From assembly GCA_964234715.1 (NCBI GenBank), contig OZ174275.1: DNA of 64,000 nt; one strand, written 5' to 3'. A model generated the notes under the pieces. It made no database searches. It was not told the origin of the DNA and was given only the letters and a program-made list of their open reading frames with translations. A program made the translations under genes and the position numbers. Origin of the DNA: Podarcis melisellensis (taxonomy: Eukaryota). This document shows positions 27,879 through 60,143 of the stretch, one piece after another. Each line of letters opens with the position of its first letter. Within the stretch, counting starts at the first letter, position 1.

Positions 27879-27884
27879 TTTATT
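27879..27884 (-). terminator. Candidate FAR1 poly(A) signal (AATAAA), about 1.5 kb after the stop codon
   Basis: AATAAA on the minus strand followed by GT/T-rich sequence; further candidates at 27025-27030 and 25261-25266. Confidence 0.4.
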
Positions 27885-29373
27885 GTATTCCAACACTGTA
27901 ACACCAGACTCACACACTTCTTAATAGTGTGGACTTCGACTATGTAACATTTTGTATCCCTGGAAAATTATACGCAGATCTATTTTTAAAAAACAACAAC
28001 TGTACATTAAAGTACTTAATAAGATAAAATATTTAAACTTCAACAAGGAAGCTCTCTCTCCAAAATCAGATGCACATTTGCATGAAAGAAGTTATATTTC
28101 CACAGCAGCAAGACATGCTCTATATGTGGAATTATAAGTATAGGATGCATGTGCTTCGCGTAACTCCTATGGTTCATTCAGGATTCATTCACAATTTACT
28201 TAGGCATATTAATAAAAAAAACAACCCCAGGTATAATAGAAGTTAATCGGTTGCCACCACACAAGTATGGTAGATTATATCAAATAAAAAGAATGTTAAT
28301 GACAGCAGAGAATTGTATGTAACTATGTTTAACAGCGTAAGATTTTAATATTATATGTACTTAATTAAATCTTAGAGCAAGGACTGTTGTAAATGCATTT
28401 TTCCTGGTAAAGCAACATGCAGAAAAATACATTTAACCTAGTTCCTATTCAGTTATTTATATTTTCTTCATTTCTATTTTCACCATTCCCCCAAACTGTG
28501 CTGAGTTTTATTTAGCATAAATATCAATTTCACCCATTCAGAAGTAGTGCTCGATAATTTGGTTTAAAATTCTGTAGGTAATTTAAGAAATGTGGCATTT
28601 CGTAAACAGATTTATGCTCTAAATCACTGAATAAAATTTCAAAGTTCCTGATTTCTTCTGCAATAAAAGGAAAATACTAGTGACTCGTAATGATGTGGTT
28701 CCCTTGTGTGCAACTTCCAAGGGATAAATTCACCTCTTTCCTTGGCCATACAAACAGTTCTAAGCCACAAGTCAGAAAAACATGCAGAGTAAAATGCTGT
28801 GTACCAGCTGCAGTTTTCCCCTTGAAGGATCCCTGCTTTTTCAAGTCAAGGGATTGGAAAGGAGGAGAGAAGAATAAAAGACTAACGAATGCCCAACTCA
28901 CAATCATTTACAAAGATACCTCTCTCATAAGAATAACCAGACAAACCAGTTGCAATTTTAAAGTCTCAAATAAATAGCTCTACCATCTAAGCCAATAATT
29001 TGTTCACCTTAACTAAACACACTTATTTGCAATAAAAATTAAGTTTACTATGTTAAGGCAGATTTTAATTTCAATGCATTCCAGAATTGCACAGTTACAC
29101 TGGTCAGTGGCCTAAAGTTCTTCCTCATACAGAGATATTAAATTCATTTGGATATTTAACCTACATATTTGCCTAATGACAGATTGATCCAGTACCAGCC
29201 ATATGATCTCCACAGAAATACACAATTAAGCATCACGTGTACTGTACTGTATTTCACAATCCAGATCTAATATTTCATGTTTTTACAAAAGACGAGATGA
29301 GTAGGTACATTTTAGGGCTTTATGCCATTAGACCACCATATGCATAGATGTCCTAATTCTAGAATTGCCATCT

Positions 29374-49356
<19,983 letters not shown>

Positions 49357-49599
49357 GATCTTAAGAGAATTTAAGAGTAAGTTAGAGTTTGCATCAGTTC
49401 TGGCCCTTAATCACATTTTATCTGCTAAATTATTGCCCAATTACATTTGAAATTCCATTTTTACAGAAACATAATATTCAGCGTAGTATAAATGGTATGA
49501 CCTGGAGTTGCTGCTAACCATTTTCCTTAAATAAACAACACTCAGATATAAAACTGTGCAATATAAAATACTGAGTTACACCCACTGAGACTACTAAGC

Positions 49600-50230
49600 T
49601 GGGCCTCTCTTGTTGACCCTACATCAGGAACCAGGGGGATCAGCTTTTCAGAGAAAGCTACCTTGACTTTCCCAGCTTCCACCCTCTTAGCTAGCAGCCT
49701 ATATTTCAATTCTACGACTTCTCAACTGCATTTCCCCATCACAACTACATTTCCCCATGTCACTGGTGCCTACATGCACCACATTGACTGATTCCTCCCC
49801 AGCACCATCCACCAATCTAGACAATGTGAGACATTTGAAACTTTCACACCAGGCAGGCAAGTCAGCATGCCCACCACACACCAAGCTATTTATGTTCTAA
49901 ATGACTGATTCTTCTACTGACGGGATAATTCCACTCTTCAGAGATGTATTCTTGGCATAACAAAGTATCTATGCACCCCTCAAATGCATAGGTCCTTTTT
50001 AAGGGATCACTTTTGTCCTCCTCAGGGTGAGGTCTTCCCCATTCCCCTAACACCAGAGGAGCTGTCAGCTTGGCAGTGGGACACAGCTTTTACACACCCA
50101 ACTGCCTTGTCCACCAATCTCTCTCTACTTCTCCTAGTCACCATCTTGTGTCCTGGATGCCAGGAGCTCATTGTACTAAACACCCACAACTTCTGTTCAG
50201 CAAACAGGCTGTCATACATGTGACATTATG
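49600..50230 (-). mobile_element. Decayed CR1 ORF1 (esterase-like domain) fragment
   Basis: VVHVGTSDMGK resembles the VVHVGTND motif of CR1 ORF1 SGNH esterase; frames are broken. Boundaries approximate. Confidence 0.55.
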
Positions 50231-51516
50231 TGCACTACACTGGAAAGTCCCCATGTCTCTGCTGGCATACCTATTTTTCTAGTTTGTTGAATTTCTGTAC
50301 CTGGGAACTAACAAGTGAACAAAGTAACAGTGATATCAATAAACTATTGGGAAGATGGTGTCACATTTTTGCCTGCTAAAAATGATAGCCACAGACCATT
50401 AAAACATGCAGTATCCCCATGTCTAAGATATATGTGGATTATACATTCCAAATGGGAAAAAAATGCATATTTCCTTTTTTTAAGAAAAGAAAAACGAGTC
50501 AACTAACCAAAAATAATTGTTATATCCAGTGCTTTTTTCCTTAAAAAAAAGTTTAGGGGCATGCATCCTCCCAGAAATAAAGCACTAGTTATATCTTTCA
50601 CTATACTGAATCAAGAGCAACAATGAACCAGAAACTCAGTGCTTCATATAATTTGAGGAAAATGTTTTAATGTAAAAAGCGCTTTGCGGTATTGCCAATA
50701 CAATCCAGTACTCAACTAGACTAAAGATTTGTGAATCTGTGGGGGTGTAAACAGAGAACTAATTGTCCGACCAGGACTCAAGAATGAAGTATATTCATTA
50801 CAAGATGTGCTACAGTTAACACATTTTCAGCTGAATAAGAGGTTTTGGTTACTTTCCCCACACCCCACACAAATAATATCTTGAAGACTTTGATCCAAAT
50901 GCAAAAGCTACACAGATGGCACATGGCTATTCTAACAAAGAAAGGCCTTGAGAAAACCATAAATTTATTAGTTTAACACTGAACCCCCTGTTTGCTGGAG
51001 CTTCAGACTGTTGCTCCATATCACAATAGTGCTTATAGCTCTCAGTGTAAACTATATCTCAATCTACATACGTTAACTTCTATGTTAACCAATTAATCAA
51101 CTCATCATAATACTATTTACACTACTGATTTTGTTAAGCAAAGATCAGGTTGCTGACATATATGCATAATACTGACATTTCACATATCAATAAGTTATTG
51201 AAAAATATTACACTATATGCATGACAGTTGAGGTCCTTAAAAATATGTCATAAGAAACCTGATTTTAGGATTTAAAGCTGGAAATACTCTGAAATACAAA
51301 CAAACACTTATGGGGAAAATTTTCCACAAATGATCAGTTTTCACAAATGAAGCCTAAGAGTAGGCTCACTTAGTCAAAAAGGCATGCAGAAGTGCATATT
51401 TGGTTACTGGAATGAATTTGTATAGCAGATCTAGAATTAAGCATGCACATACTTGTGCATTCATGGGGGGGGGGGGAATGTTACACACAAAGCCTTCAGG
51501 TGGGCCTTAATTTATT

Positions 51517-52456
51517 TTTATTTTTTTAAATAAATTTTTATTTGTTTTCCAAACATATAATCAAGACAAACAATAAACAAAACAAAAACATACAAACATA
51601 TAAACATGTATAATTTCATAATCTTATTTTCATACACCTTACTTCCCCGACTTCCCCATACCTCCCTTTTGCTGCATCCTTGTTTTACATTTCTTTAGCA
51701 ACTCCTCCAATTAATTAATTATTTAATTCACTTTCATTACATTACCACCTATAAATCATTTTCATTATGTTTTCTCTTAAGGCATTACATGCCGTAAATT
51801 TAACACCGGTGGTCCATAACTGTTCCCAGTCAGCAAACATAATGTCATGACCGATGTCTTGTGCCCATTTAATCATAGCTGATTTCACCGTTTCATCCTG
51901 TGTATTCCATTTCAACAGCAAATTATACATTCTTGACAAGTTCTTAGTATTGGGTTCTAGCAATTCTGTTTCTAATTTTGACCTCTCCTTCTGGAAGCCT
52001 ATTTTCCTGTCCTGTTTAAATGCCTCATTTATCTGATGGTAATGCAACCAGTCTCGTACTTTGGACTTTAATTTCTCATAACTCTGTAATTTAACTTTTT
52101 CACCATCTTGTTCTAGAATTTCACAGTACTTTGGCCATTTAGACTCCATATTAAGTTTTTTCACCTCTTTAGCTTCCATTGGTGACAACCACCTGGGAGT
52201 TTTACTTTCCAGCAAATCTTTATACCGCATCCAAACATTATATAATGCTTTCCTGACAATATGGTTTTTAAAACCCTTATGCACTTTTACCTTGTCATAC
52301 CATATATATGCATGCCAACCAAATCTATTATCGAACCCTTCCAGATCCAAAATGTCTGTATTCTCAAGAAGCAGCCAATGTTTCAACCAGCAAAAAGCTG
52401 CCGATTCATAGTAGAGTCTTAAGTCCGGCAGGGCAAACCCCCCTCTATCTTTTGCA
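51517..52456 (-). mobile_element. 5'-truncated L1-clade LINE (ORF2 C-terminal fragment, 3' UTR, poly-A)
   Basis: TSD caggtgggccttaatttatt (51497-51516, 52457-52476); open frame starting AKDRGGFALPDLRLYYESAAF (L1 GGxxLPDxxLYY motif) and running to 51742; AATAAA and A-rich tail. Confidence 0.9.
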
Positions 52457-53426
52457 CAGGTGGGCCTTAATTTATTAACTATGCTGCAATAACTATCAAT
52501 TCAACCAAATGAAGGATAATCATAGTAAGCGCATATTTTGTTTGCATTTATTTAAATAGTGGCAACCACTTTCCTACCATACCACAGCCCCCCAAATTAA
52601 GTCTCACCCCCACAAGCTACTATTTGCCCTAGGAGGAAAGTAGCTAATGGTGTCAAAAATAGCTTCCCTCTATGGGCAAAAAGCAGCTGTTGGAGTTAAA
52701 ACTTTCAGCTGGGATGGCAGGATGGGGAGAATGGATTAAACCCCCTCTCCCGGGCCATGGCCCTATTGTGGATCAGTGGTCCCTTGACTGTTATTTACAG
52801 AACAAAATTAAAAAAGACAAATACAAAATATGTAAATTGGCCCTCAGAATGAGTAATATATAGATTATGAAGGTTCCACTATGGTCCTAACATATTGCTT
52901 TACAGCTTTCCCTATAAGAGAAACTACTGTTCTTGTTGATTGCAACGAAACACTGCCCTGAGATAATGTCTCAAAAGCAGATGTTATGATCAACATAGCA
53001 ACAGTTACATGCAACACCTCCACCAAGTTATATGCAGAGAGTTATCACCAACACATGAGACTACTTCAGAATGAAGCTATAACCATGGAAACTTGAGATA
53101 TACAGGGAACTAAAAATCCAATCAGCCCAGGCTAGGCTACTATCCCTCCCTAAAAGCACCTAGGAGCACACAGATCTCCCCCATGATGCCTCCACTGGGC
53201 TTCACAACAGTTTTAGAAACTGATATATAAGCCAGATGCCAAATAGCACCTTAAAACTAGGTGACAGTTGCCACAATGGAATGTCTATTCGCCAGTGGGT
53301 TGGACTATAAGACCCTCGGGGTCCTTTCCAACACTACTTTTTTTTTATTGGGTTTTATAAACAAGAATCATGTTATATAAACAAATATCTATGAATCTAT
53401 GATCCCAACTACATTTCTTGACTATA

Positions 53427-53785
53427 AAAGGTAAAGGTACCCCTGCCCCGTATGGGCCAGTCTTGCCAGACTCTGGGGTTGTGCGCCCATCTCACTCAAG
53501 AGGCCAGGGGCCAGCGCTGTCCGAAGACACTTCCGGGTCACGTGGCCAGCGTGACATCGCTGCTCTGGCAAGCCAGAGCTGCACACGGAAACGCTGTTTA
53601 CCTTCCCGCTAGAAAGCGGTCCCTGTTTATCTACTTGCACCCGAGGGTGCTTTCGAACTGCTAGGTTGGCAGGCGCTGGGACCGAGCAGCGGGAGCGCAT
53701 CCCGCCGCGGGGATTCGAACCGCCGACCTTTCGATCGGCAAGCCCTAGGCACTGAGGCTTTAACCCACAGCGCCACCCGCGTCCC
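53427..53785 (-). mobile_element. Full-length young Sauria SINE (distinct subfamily)
   Basis: gggacgcgggtggcgctgtggg head, ACCTTT tail, 12-bp TSD ttcttgactata, CpGs largely intact. Confidence 0.9.
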
Positions 53786-54240
53786 TTCTTGACTATAGCT
53801 TGCTCTTAAAATAATTCACTTGTCCCACACACAGTGGAAACTGTATTAACTATGAACTAAGGCAGAGGTTTTTATACTTTGGTCGCTAACCTGGTGCCCA
53901 GAAATTTCTCTGTCATCAAAATTAGACCCATAGCAGTAGCAAAACATGCCTGGCTAATTCCTAACAGTGCTTCATAGCAAATATCTCTGCAGCCCTAGGG
54001 CACTCCTTCTCTAGGTCTAAGTAACAATGGCCTTTAAGCACAGGCAGCTCTTCCCTTATCTCAAGACATGGGTTGCAGCATTATGCACACATACAATCCT
54101 GAGTGAGTATTCAAGAGCTGAAAATCAGCTCTGTTCTACACAATTATTTCAATAGCTCAAATCATTTGTATCTCCCTAGTCCTTCAGTCCCAAGCAACTT
54201 ACCCTTCCACAATGAGCTGGTTAGGCTTTGAAGAAATCTT

Positions 54241-54488
54241 TTTTTTTTCCAACATGCTTTTTATTGATTTCCATAATAAAAGAAAAATACAAGAACATAA
54301 TACACAACGTTAAATGCTCATTTTCACCAATCTAGAATGTGACTTCCTTCAACCTTTCCACAAATCATCCGTACTAATCTTTTTTATACAATTTCGCGTT
54401 TGTTATTTTGTAATGTCGTTGAACTATCTGATTCTTCCATTCCTCTTTAGACAATACCCTTTGCTTTTTTTTTACAGAGCTCCCTTAG
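54241..54488 (-). mobile_element. Short retrotransposed insert (probably an L1 3' UTR) with poly-A
   Basis: 17-bp TSD ggctttgaagaaatctt (54224-54240, 54489-54505); AATAAA followed by an A-run on the minus strand. Confidence 0.7.
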
Positions 54489-57400
54489 GGCTTTGAAGAA
54501 ATCTTGGTTTATCCTGAACTAAATAATATAGCTCCTCTCACTTTGGCCTCCAACTCCCTGCTCTGTGTCCTAACACTTTTTGCCACAAGAGTCACCAATG
54601 CTTTGTTCATCTTACTAGTGAAAGCAAGCAGCAGAAGTAGAAATAACTGGCATGGGGTTAGTTGCCAAACTGGAAAGACAGGAAAGATATCTTTGACAGA
54701 GTGCAGGGTACATTTGTCTCAACTCATGGCTAAATGAGGATGCCGAAGTCAATGAGAGCTACAGGAGTGTCCCTAAGGTTTGCTGAAAAACTGGCACCTT
54801 TAATGTATGTGTATTCCACTTGAACTGCTCACTAACGTTTAGAAACGTATAGAAAACCAGGGATTTCATTGGAACGTGCTCCAATATGCCAGCCAATAAA
54901 CGTTTCCTTTCAATATAGCATGCACAACCAATTCATTTACTCACAGATATTCCTGCTATGTGACCATCCACAACAGGTTGCTACATAGTAGCAACTAGTC
55001 ATTGATTGTGGAGTGTTGAATCTTGCAATTCAATCTACACTGCAAATGAGAAATAAAGGATAAGCAGGAATGCTGTGCATGCTAGTTTCTTCAATGCTTT
55101 GGGTGTTAGACCAAGAAACATTATAGAAAGCCAAAGAAAAAAAATAAGCTAGTTAAAATTTGACTTTGCATATCTTTGTCACTATCCCCCCCCCCCCAAA
55201 AGATAAAAAGACCCTCAATGTGAGATTCCTAAATGTTATTTGTCCAGAATTTCTTGCAGAAGTGTTCACTCTTAAATGAAACAAACATTTATAAATTCAG
55301 TATTCAGGAGCATAACAATGCATTCTGAGGTACTGCCCTTTTGACAGAAATGTTTGATCAACAGTCTGATGGAAGAAACTTAAAAAAAAATCCAAACAGG
55401 GACTAATAGCTCCAGCACTGTGGCCAACATTTCCTCTTAATAAAAGATTCTTGTGTCCAACGCTGTGTGAGCACCATTGTGGAGCATACAATAGTTGCTC
55501 TTGTTAGCCCCCATATACTGCAACATCTCTGCTTTGTTGGAAGTACAAGCTTTATTAAATCACATTCTTTTCAGAACTCAAGTTTTACAAATGGGAGAAG
55601 ATATAGCAGACACAAGAGATAACAATTGTAGATAAAATGTGGACATATACCTAAGCTAAGCTTTTCTGGTTAAATAATATCAATAGGAGCTAGAACTTTG
55701 AGCTTTGCAGAAGGGCAACATAGCAAGATACAAAGAAAACACTAAATATATGGAGTTAATTTTTAATTTTGTACTATGCTTGCATCAGAGCCTTGCAGAC
55801 ATTTGAAATAATATAGCAAAAAAACATGGGATTTATTTAAAACTATATTAACTTAAAACCAAATATTTTATATAGTTGAACCTTAAAATATAATCTAATA
55901 TTCAGAAGCACAGAAAACAGGTTCAAGATTATCTACATCAGGAAACAAAAACAAAAGAAGATGCTCCACATACTATGATTATTTAAATCAATCCAAGCTG
56001 GGTGAAACATCAAGACAGACAACAAGAGCACTGCTCAGTCAAAGCTTACCAATTACAGCAAACACTTTTTAGTTTTGTTTTCAAAACCAAGTATTCTATA
56101 GTAGTAGCATCCTCTCTACAGAGAATGAATGTTTTAAGGTTCAGCAGTTATCATTCCCACCATTTCTAAAGTGAAGAGACAAGTGCAAAACCTTATATAA
56201 CCAAAATGTAAGCATCCATACATAAGAGGAAGTTATGGGGATGCTTGGTGGCCAATAAATGCTGGCTGACTGGTTGGAGGATGGAGAAGAGAAGGGAAGT
56301 ATGGATGAGCGCAGGAATGGAGTATCATGGGAAAGGACATGACAAAGTACCTTGGACACTGAATAGAGCCCCACAGTAGCATTTTGTTGGAAGTCCCACT
56401 TATTCTATTTAGTGAGTAACTTAGATTTTTGACTGCTTCTGTTCAGAGCTACCTGCAACGAATTTAATCTAGTCTGGCTCTGTTTTTGTCTACTGTTAAA
56501 TAATGGATGCAAACTCGCCAACTGGAAATAAATGTGAGCATGACAAAAGAACGATTAGCATAGACTGATAGTGCACTCCTGGTTCTACAGCTGTGTCTGG
56601 AATTAATTCCAGATTGCAACAGCAGCCAGGGTACCATTGAAAAGGCCACGAAACTTTCCACTTAACACCCGCAACTGTCATTCATGTTAAATTATTGTGC
56701 ACTGGGCTGTATTGAAAAACGGAAGTATCAGTATGCATATAGCACATCCAAAAGCATTTCCAGTATCATCGCCGGCATCTTTCAGGTACAATTTAAGGTA
56801 CCATTTTGGGTCCAAAATAATATGGGTTGAATTATCAGAGAAAGTATTTGTTCATCCAATGTGTCTTATCACAATGTCCAAGTTCAAACAAAGACACCCA
56901 CCTGTATGTCTTATCTGGCTGGCAAGGGTGTGTACAAAGTGGTGCACTTTGAAGCACCTGTAAGAATGGACTGTTATTTTTCTCGAGTGTCAGAGCTCAA
57001 AAATATTTATGAATCATAAAGACCAATTTGGCCTGGATTTTAAAACTGAAGACTAAGTTGGGTGAGACTGTGCTAACACTGGAAACTTTTCATCAGTTTT
57101 ATCCTACCTGTTTTATATGGTTTTAATATTAGCTTTCCTTTTCCTGGCCTCTGATATAAAGCAGGCTGCACATTTAAAATTGTTGCTTCCTAGTGATTTT
57201 CTTGAAGGCTGGAACAAGCTTAGCCATCTCCCAGGGAAGACCAGTTCAGGTTGGGACAAACTGCTTCTTGTTCTGAACTAGAAAATAGAAGTATTATATA
57301 ATATAGTTATTTCCAATAATACATAATTTGCTGTTCTTAAAATTAGAGGAAATCTGTTCAAGTATCAACTTTTGTTATAGTCTTGGCTACCTCACAGAAA

Positions 57401-57663
57401 CTAGAGCCCTTAAAAGAAAAAAAAGAATTAACATATGTCAACGTTTGGCACTTTAAGTTTTCTTCCATAGTGTGGAGAACTCCAAGGAATATAAATATTC
57501 CACCTGACAAAATGCAACTGATGGCACTGTTGCAACAGTATGGAACATGTTCACCACGCCAAAAAAATTCCTTTATTTATTTAAGGATCATGAAACATAG
57601 GATCATGAAAAGAACAAGACAACTAAGTTGAAGATATTATCTGAGCTTAGTGCAAAGTAGTTA

Positions 57664-57922
57664 CCATATTTTTTGCTCTATATGACTCACTTTTTCCCTC
57701 CTAAAAAGTAAGGGGAAATGTGTGTGCGTCTTATGGAGCGAATGCAGGCTGCGCAGCTATCACAGAAGCCAGAACAGCAAGAGGGATTGCTGCTTTCACT
57801 GCGTAGTGATCCCTCTTGCTGTTCTGGCTTCTGAGATTCAGAATATTTTTTTTCTTGTTTTCCTCCTCCAAAAACTAGGTGCGTCTTGTGGTCTGGTGCG
57901 TCTTATAGAGCAAAAAATACGG
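57664..57922. mobile_element. Tc1/mariner-type MITE
   Basis: TA|ccatattttttgctctatatgac ... gtcttatagagcaaaaaatacgg|TA. Confidence 0.8.
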
Positions 57923-58680
57923 TATATTAAAAGATTCATCAGGACCACATGAGGCTAAAGTTTGTTTTTCAGCAGAATCCCAAAGCAGGACCTCTATAAA
58001 AAAGGGATTGCCTCACTGACCTTCAAGCACTGGAAACTGTAAAGAAGGTATATGCCAATTTGGCAGGGCTGACTTGAACACTAGAGATATGTGCCAAAGG
58101 CGAGTTCAACTCCTCATCAGAAACTCCCTGTTTTTTACTTTAGGTAAGACCACACTTCAAGATAAACCATGGCTTTATCCCACAATATCAAAGTCAAAGG
58201 TCTGCTTTAGAAAAGTACACAGATTGGTGGATCTGAACAGGTCAGGGACGAGTCAAAGCCGTATACTTCTGATCACTTAATATATTAACATTTTAAATTA
58301 TGTATTTGCATTGTTCTTAAAATCGGGTGCATGCTTTTGTAGCACTAATTGTCGTTTAGAAAATACCAAACATTAAAAATGAAAGTATCTCAAGATTACA
58401 AGCATTTCATTCTAACTGAACAGAGTATATTATTCAATGCTATACATCACCCTGAAGAGGAGCATTAAATCCGTAGAGAGATGCAGTTAACAGGCTTGGC
58501 TCTTGATTCTCACTCAAACTGGATGTGGAATCAGAATGGTCACATATGCACACATGAGTGAGTGCGGTAATAAGTACTTCTCTCAGAAAGTGTTGAGTGC
58601 CTTTGGTACTTAAGAGAATGGTAATATAGATTCAACTAAGTTGTTGTGCTTGCAAAAGCCAGTATTTTTGCGGGGAGAAC

Positions 58681-58828
58681 NNNNNNNNNNNNNNNNNNNN
58701 NNNNNNNNNNNNNNNNNNNNNNNNNNNNNNNNNNNNNNNNNNNNNNNNNNNNNNNNNNNNNNNNNNNNNNNNNNNNNNNNNNNNNNNNNNNNNNNNNNNN
58801 NNNNNNNNNNNNNNNNNNNNNNNNNNNN
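58681..58828. other. Assembly gap (148 N)
   Basis: Run of N. Confidence 1.
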
Positions 58829-59084
58829 AAGCAGAAATACTTGCATTGGCAGAACCATACTGCAATGTTGAATCGCATCCTATTGTTTTTCTAGTGGGGG
58901 AAAGCAATCATTACACTCTCTGATTTAAACAACTAGTGGCCAGTGTCTACCATCCCTTTTAGGGGCAAAATGTGAAAACATGTTGTGGCAGCACAGCTCC
59001 AGAATTTCCTGTCTGGCTTTCAGTTCATTTCTGGCATTGGATTTGCCCTATTCACCTAAGTGTAAGATCTATATTGGGACATTT

Positions 59085-59800
59085 GCTATCTATTCTCCTG
59101 AACCTCTCAGTGGCTTTTGATACCATTGGCCATGCTTTTCTTATGGATTGTCTCCAAAAGATGGAAACTGGGGGAACGATGTTGAAGTGGCTCCATTCAA
59201 ACCTGAGAGGACGCAGAAGGTAGTGCTAGGTAATTATGAGGTTCTGCAAGATTGTTTAATATCTGCATGCAACTGATGGCTGGGGTGCAGAGCTCTCAGT
59301 ATGCTGCTGATACCTAACTATCTCTCATTTCCATCTGATCCTAGGAAGGGAGCTGAAAGGTTGAACTAATGCTTGGTAGCTGTGAGGCACTGGAACAAGC
59401 TGAAGCTTAAGTCAAACAAAACATAAGTACTGTTAGTGGATGGACTTTGGTTTGGAGTGTGTTTTGGATAGGGTTAGACTCTACCTGAAAGACTATGTTT
59501 GTAATTGGAGGATATTCCTTGATCTCAAGTTGCCTGCAGACGGCAAAGTTGCAGGAAGACAGAGGCTTTTTTGTTGTAACACTCATCCTGTGGAATGCCT
59601 TAACAAGAGTCAAACTATCACTATATTGTTTTAGGTGACTAGCAAAAACATGTCTGTTTTAAAAGGCTTTTACCAGACTGTTGGTGGCTTTGGGTTTTCA
59701 TATGAGACGTTGGCTTTGATGTCAGTATTTGTGATTTAAAGGGTATAGTTATGTAATTTATTATTATGCTTCAGGTTGTAAACGAACTTGAGTTCCTTTC
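59085..59800 (+). mobile_element. Highly decayed L2 LINE reverse-transcriptase region
   Basis: LLNLSVAFDTIGH (cf. LLDLSAAFDTxDH) and GTMLKWLHS motifs; later ctgtggaatgcctt (LWNAL). Boundaries approximate. Confidence 0.6.
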
Positions 59801-60118
59801 CAAATTAGGCAGAGTAATGTTTTGAAAACAAACATAAACAAAATAAAAGGCTGGGAGCCTGCCATACAATACCACTTGGAAAATACTGATCAACCCTTCC
59901 CCAGTCAGTTGAGAGGCGGTGGGAACTACCTGTGCAACTTTTAATTTAAAAAAGGAGAAAATTTGATGATTTTGTACCCCGTTGCTTCCTTAGCTAGCCA
60001 CTAATACCAAGTGTTTAATCCAAATTCCTGGCCACGTGATAAGAGCAGTAAAGCCACTGCACCTTCCATAGCCACACTTCTCATGCTGGCAAGGGTGAAA
60101 GGGAGAGGGAGGGAAAAA

Positions 60119-60143
60119 GTAATAATAATAATAATAATAATAA
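60119..60143. repeat. (AAT)n microsatellite (LINE tail, minus orientation)
   Basis: About 8 AAT units. Confidence 0.85.

Noticed and set aside
51742-52386. 214-aa ORF as a novel nested gene
   Set aside because: It is an L1 ORF2 fragment inside a TSD-flanked, poly-A-tailed insertion with no true start.
58610-58907. Several ORFs spanning X residues
   Set aside because: Artefacts of the N-gap.
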